A DNA stretch of 62,453 nucleotides from Bacilli bacterium (GTDB lineage Bacteria; Bacillota_I; Bacilli_A; RF39; UBA660). Each line of letters begins with the position of its first letter. Position 1 is the stretch's first letter. The position numbers and the translations under genes are program-made. Where the stretch lies: positions 1 to 62,453 of the forward strand of contig JAFOMI010000005.1 in the NCBI GenBank assembly GCA_017418945.1, given 5' to 3'. The notes under the pieces are model-generated. The model was not told the origin of the DNA and did not search any database. It worked only from the letters and a program-made list of their open reading frames with translations. Shown in pieces: positions 1-9,455 of this stretch.

Positions 1-30
1 AAAAAAAGACTTTAAATAAAGTCTTTTTTG
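1..30 (-). terminator. Intrinsic terminator downstream of rplL
   Basis: The minus-strand RNA reads AAGACTT-TATTTA-AAGTCTT followed by a T-run directly after the rplL stop. An A-run on the other side could make it bidirectional. Confidence 0.6.
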
Positions 31-396
31 TTATGCTAATTCTACTGTAGCACCTAATTCTTCTAATTGAGATTTAATATTGTTAGCTTCATCTTTAGAA
101 ATTTTTTCTTTAATAGTACCACCGTTATCAGCGATATCTTTAGCTTCTTTTAAACCTAAACCAGTAATATCTCTAATAGCTTTGATAACTGGAATCTTTT
201 GTCCACCAGCTGAAACTAAGTTAACATTAACTTCGTTTGATTCTTCAGCAGCAGCAGCAGCTGGAGCAGCGGCAACAGCTACAGCAGTTGGATCAATTCC
301 GTATTCTTCTTTCATAGCGTCTACTAATTCTTTAATTTCTAATAAATTCATTTCGTTTAATGAAGCAATAAAATCTTTTGCATTTAATTTAGCCAT
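31..396 (-). CDS. rplL: 50S ribosomal protein L7/L12
   Basis: 121 aa with an Ala-rich hinge (AVAAAPAAAAAEE) and a C-terminal KIPVIKAIRDITGLGLKEAKD motif. It sits downstream of rplJ. Confidence 0.97.
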   Translation of the reverse strand: MAKLNAKDFIASLNEMNLLEIKELVDAMKEEYGIDPTAVAVAAAPAAAAAEESNEVNVNLVSAGGQKIPVIKAIRDITGLGLKEAKDIADNGGTIKEKISKDEANNIKSQLEELGATVELA

Positions 397-418
397 ATTC
401 TTATTTCTCCTTCCAAAA

Positions 419-916
419 TTATTCGCTTTTTTCTTTTTCTTCGCTAAGCATATTTAAAGCGATAGATAAATCTTTTACTGTACCAATTAGTCCAGAAGCA
501 AGCATAGTAAGTAATCCTTCTCTTGATGGTAAAGTTGATAATTCTTTGATTTTATCTAATGATGTAACTTCTCCATCAACAATTCCTCCTTTAATTTCTA
601 AAGCTGGGTGATCTTTTGAGAAATCACTTAAAGCTTTAATTGGAGCAACTGAATCATCTGAGTATGCCATTGCACTAGGACCATTTAGACAATCGTCAAG
701 ATTATAGTTTAAACTATCTAATGCTCTTTTTGCTAAAGTATTTTTCCAAACTTTATAATTAGAACCACTATCACGTAATGTTCTTCTTAATTCAGCTGTT
801 TCTTCAGCAGTAAGACCACGGTAGTCAAACAAGATAAATGAAGCACTATTTTTAGCAATATCAGTTATTTCTTCAACAACTGTTTGTTTAGCTTCAAGTA
901 TTTTTGCGTTTGCCAT
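419..916 (-). CDS. rplJ: 50S ribosomal protein L10
   Basis: 165 aa of typical L10 sequence, immediately upstream of rplL, with AGGAGG 6 nt before the ATG. Confidence 0.96.
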   Translation of the reverse strand: MANAKILEAKQTVVEEITDIAKNSASFILFDYRGLTAEETAELRRTLRDSGSNYKVWKNTLAKRALDSLNYNLDDCLNGPSAMAYSDDSVAPIKALSDFSKDHPALEIKGGIVDGEVTSLDKIKELSTLPSREGLLTMLASGLIGTVKDLSIALNMLSEEKEKSE

Positions 917-1060
917 ACTTTCCTCCTTGCTTTATATATCAAAAAAGTCTTTGTACTAGGACAAAGACTTACATAGTTTATAAGCTTTTTTGTCCTCGGT
1001 AAGAAATTAAGTTTTTATAAAACACTTACTGTCTTCGGTACATGAACTTTTTTAATAACA
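917..1060 (-). promoter_or_regulatory. rplJ (L10) leader with terminator/attenuator hairpin
   Basis: A 165-nt untranslated gap lies between rplA and rplJ. The minus-strand RNA contains GTACCGAAGACAGTAAG...CTTACCGAGGAC pairing. It then has the hairpin AAGTCTTTGT-CCTAG-TACAAAGACTT plus T6 just before the rplJ SD. This layout matches the Firmicute L10(L12)4 autoregulatory leader. Confidence 0.55.
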
Positions 1061-1081
1061 ATTTTATTATATATATTTTTA

Positions 1082-1783
1082 TTAATTTGTCAATGTATTA
1101 ACATCAACTTTTACACCAGGACCCATAGTTGAAGATACTGATATATTCTTAATATATGTTCCTTTAGCTGTTTGTGGTTTTGCTTTTACTATTACATTAA
1201 CAAATGCTTTTAAGTTTTCAACTAACTTATCAGCATCAAATGATACTTTACCAATAATAGCATGAACATTACCATAGCTATCAGTTCTATATTCAATTCT
1301 TCCTTTTTTAACGTCTTCAATTGCTTTTTTAACGTCTGTTGTAACAGTACCAGTTTTTGGGTTTGGCATTAATCCTTTTGGACCTAAAACCTTACCTAAT
1401 TTACCAAGTAATGGCATCATTTCTGGTGTAGCAATAATAACATCAAAATCTAACCAATTTTCTTTTTGGATTTTATCTACTAAATCAGCTTCACCAACAA
1501 AATCAGCTTCTGCTTCTTTTGCAGCTTTAGCTTGTTCAGCATTCTTTGTTAAAACTAAAACTTTTTTAGTTTTACCAGTTCCGTTTGGAAGTACTATAGC
1601 ACCTCTTAATTGTTGATCAGTTTTTTTAGTATCTAAATTAAGATTAATAGCAACTTCTACAGAACCATCAAATTTAGTTGTACTAGTTTTTTTAACTAAT
1701 TCAATAGCTTCTTCTTTTGTATAAGCTTTATTTTTTTCAATTAATTCTAAAGCTTGTACGTACTTTTTACCTTTCTTTTTCAT
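1082..1783 (-). CDS. rplA: 50S ribosomal protein L1
   Basis: 233 aa of canonical L1 sequence ([28 protein letters not shown]), downstream of rplK. Confidence 0.97.
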   Translation of the reverse strand: MKKKGKKYVQALELIEKNKAYTKEEAIELVKKTSTTKFDGSVEVAINLNLDTKKTDQQLRGAIVLPNGTGKTKKVLVLTKNAEQAKAAKEAEADFVGEADLVDKIQKENWLDFDVIIATPEMMPLLGKLGKVLGPKGLMPNPKTGTVTTDVKKAIEDVKKGRIEYRTDSYGNVHAIIGKVSFDADKLVENLKAFVNVIVKAKPQTAKGTYIKNISVSSTMGPGVKVDVNTLTN

Positions 1784-1841
1784 ATTTCCTCCTTGTGGTT
1801 TTTGCGGATATATCCTCCCACATATCTATATATGTAAAATT
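1784..1841 (-). promoter_or_regulatory. Putative L1-binding leader motif upstream of rplA
   Basis: The minus-strand RNA reads ATATATAGATATGTGGGAGGATATATCCGCAAAAACCACAAGGAGG-ATG. A GTGG...CCAC stem encloses GAGG, and the sequence is paralogous to the motif upstream of rplK. Confidence 0.35.
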
Positions 1842-2267
1842 CTAATCCTTAATTTCGATACCCATATTCTTTGCGGTACCTGCAATAGTTTTCATTGCTT
1901 CTTCAACTGTATAAGCATTTAAATCTGGTAATTTTGTTTCTGCGATTTGTCTTAATTGTTCTTTTGTAATTGAACCAGCAATTGCTTTTGATCCTGTTGC
2001 AGAAGCAGATTTAACACCAGCAGCTTTCTTAATTAAGAATGCAGCAGGTGAAGTTTTTACTTTGAAATCAAATGATCTATCATCGTAAATATAAACTTCT
2101 ACTGGAACTATATCGCCCATTTTATCTTTTGTAGCATCATTAAATCTGTTACAAAAATCTGGTAATGGAATACCGTATGGACCTAATGCTGTACCAACTG
2201 GTGGAGCAGCTGTAGCCTTTCCTGCAGGGATTTGAAGTTTTACTTTGTTTACTAATTCTCTTGCCAC
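1842..2267 (-). CDS. rplK: 50S ribosomal protein L11
   Basis: Contains KLQIPAGKATAAPPVGTALGP. I place the start at the GTG at 2267 (VARELV...), 6 nt after GGAGGTG. The track start at 2276 is a GTG inside that SD. Confidence 0.95.
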   Translation of the reverse strand: MARELVNKVKLQIPAGKATAAPPVGTALGPYGIPLPDFCNRFNDATKDKMGDIVPVEVYIYDDRSFDFKVKTSPAAFLIKKAAGVKSASATGSKAIAGSITKEQLRQIAETKLPDLNAYTVEEAMKTIAGTAKNMGIEIKD

Positions 2268-2276
2268 GAAAAACAC

Positions 2277-2345
2277 CTCCTATAAATTTTTTTCGCGAGT
2301 GGTACAAATGACTTATATGCCTCCCACTTCATCTATATATAAAAA
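2277..2345 (-). promoter_or_regulatory. Putative L1-binding leader motif upstream of rplK
   Basis: The minus-strand RNA reads ATATATAGATGAAGTGGGAGGCATATAAGTCATTTGTACCACTCGCG. It shares ATATATAGAT..GTGGGAGG.ATATA...CCAC with the rplA-proximal copy. Confidence 0.35.
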
Positions 2346-2393
2346 TACATAGTGCCTTAATAATATAACATCTTTTTTGATGTTTTTCAAGTA

Positions 2394-2933
2394 CTATTTG
2401 TCAAGTTCTATTTGTGTTAAATCAACTTCAACTGTAGTTTCTTGACCAAATAAATCTATTGATACTTTTGCTCTATTATTTTCTTTATCTATTTCTATTA
2501 CTTTACCAGCCATTAATTTAAATGGACCATCATTAATTTTAACTTTATCTCCTTCAGTTAAATCAACAATAATTTCTTTTTCTGGTACTCCAATAGTTTT
2601 TAATATATTTTCAACTTCATGTTTAAATAATGGGAATGGTTTAGCTCCTTTTCCTGATGAACCTAAGAATCCAGTAACACCTGGAGTGTTTCTAACAACA
2701 TACCAAGCTTCATCAGTCATAATCATTTCAACTAAAACATATCCTGGGAATAATTTTTTAACTCTTTCTTTTTTTACTCCATCTTTTATTTCAATTTCTT
2801 TCTTTTCAGGAACAATAACTCTAAATATGTAATCTTGCATGTTCATTGATTGAATTCTCATATCTAGTTTTTCTTTAACTTTATTTTCATGACCTGAATA
2901 AGTATTAACTACATACCATTGCTTTTCTTCCAT
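2394..2933 (-). CDS. nusG: Transcription termination/antitermination factor NusG
   Basis: 179 aa with a WYVVNTYSGHENKV N-terminus and a KOW region. It follows the conserved secE-nusG-rplK order. Confidence 0.95.
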   Translation of the reverse strand: MEEKQWYVVNTYSGHENKVKEKLDMRIQSMNMQDYIFRVIVPEKKEIEIKDGVKKERVKKLFPGYVLVEMIMTDEAWYVVRNTPGVTGFLGSSGKGAKPFPLFKHEVENILKTIGVPEKEIIVDLTEGDKVKINDGPFKLMAGKVIEIDKENNRAKVSIDLFGQETTVEVDLTQIELDK

Positions 2934-2944
2934 TTTAATACCTC

Positions 2945-3160
2945 CTATTCAAACCAACCACTTATAGTATCAACAATTGCTTTAAAATCAATCATTTTAA
3001 TTAATACTATAATATATTGAATTAACATAAAGAATAATGCAAAGAATACGATTGTAAATAATGTAATTGCTACATTTTTCCATAGTTCTTTACCTTTACA
3101 CCATCTTATTCTTTTTGCTTCTGATTTCATATCAGATATTAAATCTTTAATCTTTTCCAT
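2945..3160 (-). CDS. secE: Preprotein translocase subunit SecE
   Basis: 71 aa with a single C-terminal TM helix preceded by a basic segment. It lies directly upstream of nusG. Confidence 0.85.
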   Translation of the reverse strand: MEKIKDLISDMKSEAKRIRWCKGKELWKNVAITLFTIVFFALFFMLIQYIIVLIKMIDFKAIVDTISGWFE

Positions 3161-3263
3161 AAAATCACCTTTATTCCAAATAAAAAAACACTTTCTGTGT
3201 CTTCATAACTAAATAATAACACATTAGTATTAATTAGTCAATGAAAATCAAAATGTTTTTCTT

Positions 3264-3881
3264 TTATTTATTAATGATATTAGATAACTTATTTTTAATT
3301 CTTGAAATAGTTCCATCTACTGCTTTTGGTGTTATATCTAAAATACTAGCTATTTCTTTATAACTAAATCCTTGTACTCTTAAATCAAATACATCTTTTT
3401 CAGAATTTGTTAATAATTCATCAATCTTATTATATAATTCTTCTTTTTCCTCTGCTTCTATAAATGATAATTCAGGATCAACATTTTTTTCATCTAATAT
3501 AATTTCAGTAAGAGGTCTTCCTACAGAATTAGTTGTACTATCTAAAGATATAGATGTATTTAAAAGTTTATGTTTATCTCTTGAAATATCTCTAATAAAA
3601 GTTGCTAACTGTCTATCAATGCATAAATTTGCGAATGTATAAAATTTAACATCTTTATGTTCTTTAAAAGAATTTATAGCATTTGTTAAACCAAGTCTAC
3701 CTTCTTGTAAAATATCATTATAATCATAACCCATAGATTCAACATACTTTTTATATTTAAGAGCTTTAATCTTAATAATATTTTCATATTTATTATAAAA
3801 GATATCTCTTGCTTCATCATTATTTTCTGAAACTAGATATAATAATTCATAATCATTTTCATTATTATATGATTTTGACAT
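3264..3881 (-). CDS. sigH: Sporulation-type sigma factor SigH-like (sigma-70 family, regions 2 and 4)
   Basis: Has a region 2 motif ILQEGRLGLTNAINSF and a C-terminal HTH (SYKEIASILDITPKAVDGTISRIKNKL). It sits between rlmB and secE, as B. subtilis sigH does. The start is ambiguous: ATG 3881 follows the rlmB stop, while ATG 3896 would overlap it. Confidence 0.8.
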   Translation of the reverse strand: MSKSYNNENDYELLYLVSENNDEARDIFYNKYENIIKIKALKYKKYVESMGYDYNDILQEGRLGLTNAINSFKEHKDVKFYTFANLCIDRQLATFIRDISRDKHKLLNTSISLDSTTNSVGRPLTEIILDEKNVDPELSFIEAEEKEELYNKIDELLTNSEKDVFDLRVQGFSYKEIASILDITPKAVDGTISRIKNKLSNIINK

Positions 3882-3885
3882 TCTA

Positions 3886-4581
3886 TCACCTTTCATCTCT
3901 TTGTCTTACTACTTCATATATTGTAATACCTGCTGCTACAGATGCATTTAAACTATTAATTTTACCTACCATAGGAATACTAATTATAAAATCACATTTA
4001 TCGTGTACTAATTTAGATATACCATTACCTTCTGCACCTATAACTAAACATGTCTTTGAATCATATTTACAATTTGTATATGTTTCTCCATCCATATCAG
4101 TTCCATATACCCAAAATCCAAAATCTTTTAATTTATCAATTGTTTGAGCAATACTACTTACTTCTACTATATTAATATTATTTAAAGCACCCGCAGAAAC
4201 TTTCATAACTGTTGAATTAATTTCAACACCTCTTCTTTTTGGAATTATTATTGCATCTACTCCAGCTGCTTCACAAGTTCTAATAATTGCACCTAAATTA
4301 TGTGGATCTTCTAAATGATCTAGCATAACAACAAATTTAGCATTTTCTAGATCATTTAGTTTTCCATATTTAAAATCTTCAATTTCAAGTACTATTCCTT
4401 GATGATTTCCTTTATATTTTCTATCTATTTCTCTTTTATCTACTCTTATAATCTTAACATTATTTTTTTCTAAATCAGATATAATTCCTTTGTCATCAAA
4501 AGTATTAGCCATTAAAACTTTTTTAATTTGTTTATTACTATCGATTACTTCTCTAGCCACATTTCTACCAAATACTATCAT
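3886..4581 (-). CDS. rlmB: 23S rRNA 2'-O-methyltransferase, SpoU/TrmH family (RlmB/YacO-like)
   Basis: 231 aa with SpoU motifs (DPHNLGAIIRT, LVIGAEGNGIS, SLNASVAAGI). Synteny is mrnC-rlmB-sigH. Confidence 0.85.
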   Translation of the reverse strand: MIVFGRNVAREVIDSNKQIKKVLMANTFDDKGIISDLEKNNVKIIRVDKREIDRKYKGNHQGIVLEIEDFKYGKLNDLENAKFVVMLDHLEDPHNLGAIIRTCEAAGVDAIIIPKRRGVEINSTVMKVSAGALNNINIVEVSSIAQTIDKLKDFGFWVYGTDMDGETYTNCKYDSKTCLVIGAEGNGISKLVHDKCDFIISIPMVGKINSLNASVAAGITIYEVVRQRDER

Positions 4582-4958
4582 TATTCTACCTCCAAAATCA
4601 TTTTAAATAATTCTTCTATCCTATCTTTATTATTACTCATATATAAAAATCCAAATAAACATTCAAAACCAGTTGCCCATTTATAAGTTACTATATCTGT
4701 ATTTTTAGGATGTGAATATGTACTTGCATTTCTACCTCTTTTAACATAATCTATTTCCTCATCTGTTAATATATTATTATCAAGTAAATAATTAATAAAA
4801 ACGCATTGTCTTTTTGCAGGAACATACTTCATTGCTTCATTTTGTAACTTATTTGCTTTATTTATACCTAGTGATATTAAATATTCTCTTACTTTTAATT
4901 CATATACTGCGTCACCTAAATACGCTAAAGAAAGTACATTTATTTCATTTATACCCAT
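4581..4958 (-). CDS. mrnC: Mini-ribonuclease III
   Basis: Has an LAYLGDAVYE RNase III-like signature. The likely start is the ATG at 4958, after AGGTGGTGA. The track start at 4985 adds an unsupported extension. Confidence 0.85.
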   Translation of the reverse strand: MGINEINVLSLAYLGDAVYELKVREYLISLGINKANKLQNEAMKYVPAKRQCVFINYLLDNNILTDEEIDYVKRGRNASTYSHPKNTDIVTYKWATGFECLFGFLYMSNNKDRIEELFKMILEVE

Positions 4959-5118
4959 TTTTTCACCACCTATATAATAACACACTTTTTTTAATTTAAA
5001 AATTATAATTTAAAACAAAGAGATATTAACATATTTAAAAAATAAAATCAAATCACAAAAATATATTTTTTAATGTTATATTTTAACAATAATCTAATTA
5101 TTAAAAAGAATACCTCTA

Positions 5119-5403
5119 TTAATCTGGTATTCTTATAATTATTTCTCCATCTTTTGAATAAAGATATTTTTCTCTAGCGTATCTTGCTACATAATCCGGA
5201 TCTTGAAGTTTAGTAACTGTTGCTTTTAATTCTTCTTCTTTATCTTTTAATTCAATTAATTGATTTTCAAACTCTTTTTTTTCTTTTGATTTTTGATATA
5301 TTTGATACATTGTTTTTCCAACATTATCTATTAATGTTATTCCAAAAACAAGATAAATAATAAAAATAATAAGCATTTTTCTTTTTATTTTTTTTCTTTT
5401 CAA
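5119..5403 (-). CDS. Septum formation initiator (FtsB/DivIC family)
   Basis: Basic N-terminus, one TM helix, a coiled coil (ENQLIELKDKEEELKATV), then DPDYVARYAREKY. It lies downstream of yabP-yabQ as in Bacillus. The start is uncertain (TTG 5403, GTG 5412 or ATG 5376). Confidence 0.7.
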   Translation of the reverse strand: MKRKKIKRKMLIIFIIYLVFGITLIDNVGKTMYQIYQKSKEKKEFENQLIELKDKEEELKATVTKLQDPDYVARYAREKYLYSKDGEIIIRIPD

Positions 5404-5468
5404 ATATATCACTTCCTTTACTGTATAGTTATTTTTAGTTTATCACATTTTTGAATATTGAGTCAAAC

Positions 5469-5741
5469 TTAATTGCTTTTATGTGTAAAGTAATAATCAA
5501 AAAAATATAAACCTAAAATAAAACTTAAAAACATATAAAAATGAAGTGAAAAATTATTTATTTTTTTCAATAGAATAAAATATAATAATGAATGATTTAA
5601 CATAAATAAAAAACTTATTATAAATCTATATATTTTATTTTTATTAAGTAATATTTTCTTATTTATGTTAAATGTAAATTTGAAAAACATTCCATAAATA
5701 AAACTTAGAAATAAAGATTTTAGTTGAACAATTAAAATCAT
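5469..5741 (-). CDS. yabQ: Spore cortex biosynthesis protein YabQ-like membrane protein
   Basis: 90-aa polytopic hydrophobic protein that overlaps the yabP stop by 4 nt, in the conserved yabP-yabQ-divIC arrangement. Confidence 0.6.
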   Translation of the reverse strand: MILIVQLKSLFLSFIYGMFFKFTFNINKKILLNKNKIYRFIISFLFMLNHSLLYFILLKKINNFSLHFYMFLSFILGLYFFDYYFTHKSN

Positions 5742-6025
5742 TTGAATAGTTTAACAAATATAGATGATTCTTTCTTATTTTGTTCTTCTTCATATACTAC
5801 AGAATTAATTTTACCTTTTATTGTAATATTACCCTGATATGTATCTAATTTTATTATTTCTAAATCTTCTCCTTTTATATGCATATTACCTTGTATTGTT
5901 TCTATCATAAACTCTTCTTTATCAAAATTATCTATTTTAATAATTCCTGTTATTATAATATTTTTTCTTTCTGAAACTGAAAATGAATGACTTAAATTAG
6001 TACTAATTTCCTTAATCTTATCCAT
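5738..6025 (-). CDS. yabP: Sporulation protein YabP
   Basis: 95 aa with YabP-like beta-rich repeats (NIIITGI..., MHIKGEDLEI..., NITIKGKINSVVY). Confidence 0.8.
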   Translation of the reverse strand: MDKIKEISTNLSHSFSVSERKNIIITGIIKIDNFDKEEFMIETIQGNMHIKGEDLEIIKLDTYQGNITIKGKINSVVYEEEQNKKESSIFVKLFK

Positions 6026-6088
6026 ATTTTTCCTCCATATTATAAAATATGAAATATTTTTTTATTTAGAACAAAAAAAGAAGCTTAA

Positions 6089-6364
6089 TTAAGCTTCTTC
6101 AGTTGCAACTTCAGCGTTTTCATATTCACCTAAAATTGCTGCTTCTATCATTTGTCTGCCTTCTGGAGTAATTGGATGAACAATATCTCTATATGTTCCC
6201 GATGGTGTTTTTCGACTTGGCATTGCAACAAATAAACCATTATCACCAGCGATTATTCTGATGTCATGAATTGCAATTAGATCATCTAATAGAATAGATG
6301 CTATCCCTTTCATTCTAGAACCTTCTTTTTCTAGTTTTTTAACATTTACCGATGTAACCTTCAT
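6089..6364 (-). CDS. spoVG: Septation/sporulation regulator SpoVG
   Basis: MKVTSVNV...GIASILLDDLIAIHDIRIIAGDNGLFVAMPSRK is canonical SpoVG. The start is the ATG at 6364 after AGGAGGG, so the track's N-terminal extension is rejected. Confidence 0.95.
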   Translation of the reverse strand: MKVTSVNVKKLEKEGSRMKGIASILLDDLIAIHDIRIIAGDNGLFVAMPSRKTPSGTYRDIVHPITPEGRQMIEAAILGEYENAEVATEEA

Positions 6365-6445
6365 ATTATCCCTCCTTAGTAGAATGTTAACTTTATTATA
6401 TAACACGTTTTGTTGAAAAAGCAACACTTTTTTTGTTACTGTTTT

Positions 6446-7042
6446 TTATAGTTCAGTATATTCAGCATCAATTACATTTTTATTTTCTAATTTCTTTGAT
6501 TTTTTTATAACTCTTTTAATTGAAAAACATTCAATTAAATCTAATAAAGAATATACTAGAATTGATATACCTAAAATTTGTACTAATTTTTGAGCACCTT
6601 GAAATGGATTAATAATTAATAGTATTCCAAGTAAAACTATAATTAATGAAATAATAATTGAAGATAATGCACTTTTATTATTATTTAATGTTAATGAATA
6701 AGATAACTTAGTTACTCCATTAATTAACATCCATATTCCAAGAAGTAATGGTATTATACTAGCAATTGTATCTGGTTTAACAAGTATTATTATTCCAAAT
6801 ATTAAAACAAATACTCCTAATATAAATCCAAATTCTAAATAATTTTGACTTTCCTTATCAGTAAAGAATGACACAACTGATATTACTCCCCACGCAATTA
6901 AAATAATTCCTAATGCGTAAGATACTAAATGAATTGCATCTTCTGGTCTTGCCAATAAGAAAGACCCTATTAAAATAAAAATAATTGAAAATAAAATTGA
7001 AGTTATATTCATTTTTTTAATTTTAACTTCTAAATTTTCCAT
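6446..7042 (-). CDS. DUF308/HdeD-like polytopic membrane protein
   Basis: About 198 aa with six evenly spaced TM helices and repeated G-rich helix pairs typical of the HdeD family. Confidence 0.55.
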   Translation of the reverse strand: MENLEVKIKKMNITSILFSIIFILIGSFLLARPEDAIHLVSYALGIILIAWGVISVVSFFTDKESQNYLEFGFILGVFVLIFGIIILVKPDTIASIIPLLLGIWMLINGVTKLSYSLTLNNNKSALSSIIISLIIVLLGILLIINPFQGAQKLVQILGISILVYSLLDLIECFSIKRVIKKSKKLENKNVIDAEYTEL

Positions 7043-7092
7043 AGCTATCACCCAATTTTATTCTAACACAATTATAAATTTAAATCTATATT

Positions 7093-7629
7093 TTATTTTT
7101 TTAAGTATTTATCTATTATTTCTTTAACAAAAAATTTATATTCAACATCTTCTTTATTATTATCATTTGCTTCTATTAAACATAAAGGTGGAAATAAAAC
7201 ACACCAAAAGTTTTCTCCTTTACCTTCGCCTAAAGTAATAACAAGTGATTCATAATTTCCTTCTTTATAAGTTATTCCTTTATATTTTTTCTTTGGAAAG
7301 TAATTATATCCATAGTTAACTGTATATTTTTTATCATACCCTATATTTTTTAATTTATTATTGACTACTTTTGATAACTCTTCTTTGTGTTCATTTATTA
7401 TTCTTCTAATATCATTAATAGATTCTACATTTTTTAGTAATTCAAGTATTCTATTTTGAACTTCATTTCTAACTTGTATTTTAACATTTTGATCATAAAT
7501 TGTATTAGATGCCGCTACTACTCTAAATCTAATAGCTTCATCTGGAATTACAACTTCTTTAGAATCATTACTCTTTATCATATAACTAAATATTAATATA
7601 GAACATAATAATACTATTATTTTCTTCAT
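7093..7629 (-). CDS. spoIIR: Stage II sporulation protein R
   Basis: Has a signal/anchor sequence, IRFRVVAASNT, and the hallmark FWCVLFPPLC motif. Confidence 0.8.
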   Translation of the reverse strand: MKKIIVLLCSILIFSYMIKSNDSKEVVIPDEAIRFRVVAASNTIYDQNVKIQVRNEVQNRILELLKNVESINDIRRIINEHKEELSKVVNNKLKNIGYDKKYTVNYGYNYFPKKKYKGITYKEGNYESLVITLGEGKGENFWCVLFPPLCLIEANDNNKEDVEYKFFVKEIIDKYLKK

Positions 7630-7674
7630 AAAAAAATCATCCTTTCAATTACTTTATGGATGATTTAAAAATTA

Positions 7675-8388
7675 TTATTCAATATTTGTTATAAAAACCA
7701 TTCTATTTCTTCCTTGCATATCTTTTTTTAAAGTTATAATAGAATCTTTTAAATATAATTCTTTATATTTTTTTATATCTTCAAATTGTGTCATTCCAAT
7801 TTCAAACGCAATTAAATATTTATCATTTATAATACTTTTTATATTTTTTAATATTTCTTCATAAAAATATAAACCGTTATTATCAGCATATAAAGCAATA
7901 TTTGGTTCGTTATTTTTTACTATATCCATTATTTCTTCATCATATGAAATATATGGTGGATTACTTATAATAACATCAAATTTTTGATTTATACCTTCAT
8001 AAATATTTGTATTAATAAAATTAATATTTACATTATTATTAATTGCATTTTCTTTTGCGACTATAAGTGCATCTTTTGAAATATCTGTTGCATATACATT
8101 TGAATCTATTTCTTTTTTTAAACTTATTGCTATTGCACCTGATCCAGTACCAATATCTAATATATTTATTTTTTTATTAAATTTATCTTTTATAAACTTA
8201 ATTGTATAATCAACTAACTCTTCTGTTTCAAATCTTGGAATTAATACATTTTTATTTACTTTAATAATATTTCCATAAAAATCTACTTCTCCAACTATAT
8301 ATTGAACTGGTTCATTATTCTCTAATCTTTTTATAGCATCATTTAAATTACCTTTATAGTATTTTTTTAAATATTCTATATCAGTCAT
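7675..8388 (-). CDS. prmC: Release-factor glutamine N5-methyltransferase
   Basis: Has a SAM-binding motif (DIGTGSGAI) and an NPPY motif (ISNPPYIS). It overlaps the prfA stop in a TAATG arrangement. Confidence 0.9.
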   Translation of the reverse strand: MTDIEYLKKYYKGNLNDAIKRLENNEPVQYIVGEVDFYGNIIKVNKNVLIPRFETEELVDYTIKFIKDKFNKKINILDIGTGSGAIAISLKKEIDSNVYATDISKDALIVAKENAINNNVNINFINTNIYEGINQKFDVIISNPPYISYDEEIMDIVKNNEPNIALYADNNGLYFYEEILKNIKSIINDKYLIAFEIGMTQFEDIKKYKELYLKDSIITLKKDMQGRNRMVFITNIE

Positions 8389-9446
8389 TATTCTTCTCCA
8401 GCTAATTTTCTTCTTATATCTTCATTTACTAGAGCATCTACTATTTCATCTAACTTACCTTGCATTATTCTATCTAATTGCATAATAGTTAAATTTATTC
8501 TATGATCAGTTACTCTATTTTGTGGATAGTTATAAGTTCTAATTTTTTCAGATCTATCTCCAGTTCCTATTTTATTTCTTCTTTCTGATCCTAGTTTTTC
8601 ATCTAGTTTTCTTTGTTCTTCTTCATATAATCTAGCTTTTAATATTTCCATTGCCTTTTCTTTATTTCTAAGTTGGCTTCTTTCATTTTGACATGTTACT
8701 ACTACACCAGATGGTATATGAGTTAATCTAACAGCAGAGTCAGTAGTGTTAACTCCTTGACCTCCTGCACCAGAACTTCTATATACATCTACTCTAACAT
8801 CTTCATCTTTTATTTCAATATCTACATTTTTTACTTCTGGCATAACAAGTACTGTCGCAGTTGATGTATGAACTCTTCCTTGAGATTCAGTTTGTGGAAC
8901 TCTTTGAACTCTATGAGAACCTGATTCATATTTTAATTTTGAATAAACATTTTCACCTTTAATCATAAACTCTATTTGTGAAAAGCCTCCAGCTGTTCCT
9001 GGTTCTTCATTTATTACCTCAATCTTCCATCCCATATTTTCAGCATATCGTGAATACATTTCAAATAAGTCTCCTGCAAATATATTTGCTTCATCTCCAC
9101 CTGCAGCTCCTCTTATTTCTACAATTATATTCTTATCATCATTAGGATCTTTTGGTAATAATAATACTTCTAATTCTTTTTCTAAAGTTTCTTTTTGAGT
9201 TGATAAATTATTAACATCTTCTTTAGCAAGTTCAGCCATTTCTTTATCATTTAATAATTCTTTAGCTTCTTCTAAATCACTTAATACTTTTTTATATTCT
9301 TTATATTTTTCAACAGTTTCTTTTATTGATGACTGCTCCTTTGATAGAGTAGTCATTAGTTCTACATTACTAAGTACTTCAGGTTTTGATAGTTCCTCTG
9401 TTATTTCATTATATCTATTTAATGTTGCTTCTAATCTCTCTATCAT
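8388..9446 (-). CDS. prfA: Peptide chain release factor 1
   Basis: Has the GGQ motif (SGAGGQGVN) and the RF1-type P-x-T tripeptide (RVPQTESQGR). Confidence 0.97.
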   Translation of the reverse strand: MIERLEATLNRYNEITEELSKPEVLSNVELMTTLSKEQSSIKETVEKYKEYKKVLSDLEEAKELLNDKEMAELAKEDVNNLSTQKETLEKELEVLLLPKDPNDDKNIIVEIRGAAGGDEANIFAGDLFEMYSRYAENMGWKIEVINEEPGTAGGFSQIEFMIKGENVYSKLKYESGSHRVQRVPQTESQGRVHTSTATVLVMPEVKNVDIEIKDEDVRVDVYRSSGAGGQGVNTTDSAVRLTHIPSGVVVTCQNERSQLRNKEKAMEILKARLYEEEQRKLDEKLGSERRNKIGTGDRSEKIRTYNYPQNRVTDHRINLTIMQLDRIMQGKLDEIVDALVNEDIRRKLAGEE

Positions 9447-9455
9447 ATAAGCCTC

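Noticed and set aside
80-457. Long antisense ORFs in the supplied track. They are 80-457(+), 3809-4147(+), 4814-4999(+), 12071-12277(-), 15901-16191(+), 18024-18242(+), 24197-24550(-), 24824-25105(-), 25659-25928(-), 26031-26408(-), 29072-29659(-), 30390-30584(-), 34544-34732(-), 35060-35242(-), 35239-35424(-), 40453-40656(-), 46924-47106(-), 53407-53664(-), 57775-57960(-), 58260-58442(-) and 60072-60284(-).
   Set aside because: Each lies fully opposite a confidently identified gene. Their composition is low-complexity Ser/Phe/Ile/Leu-rich, as expected for the reverse frame of AT-rich coding DNA. None has an SD sequence or any family resemblance, so they are shadow ORFs.
2268-2276. N-terminal extensions proposed by the ORF track for rplK, mrnC, spoVG, mnmG, gpsA, rpmH, murA, rpiB, gyrB, the DUF308 protein, the SpoIIQ-like gene, the 46534 ORF and the 59367 ORF.
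   Set aside because: In each case the upstream GTG, TTG or ATG lies within or before the Shine-Dalgarno sequence. A downstream ATG or GTG with proper spacing reproduces the conserved N-terminus of the family, so the shorter coordinates were used.
3161-3263. A missing rpmG (L33) between sigH and secE might be hidden as an unannotated small ORF.
   Set aside because: The gap is only 103 nt and contains no ORF of about 50 codons. It holds a promoter-like TTGACT-N17-TATTAT for secE instead.
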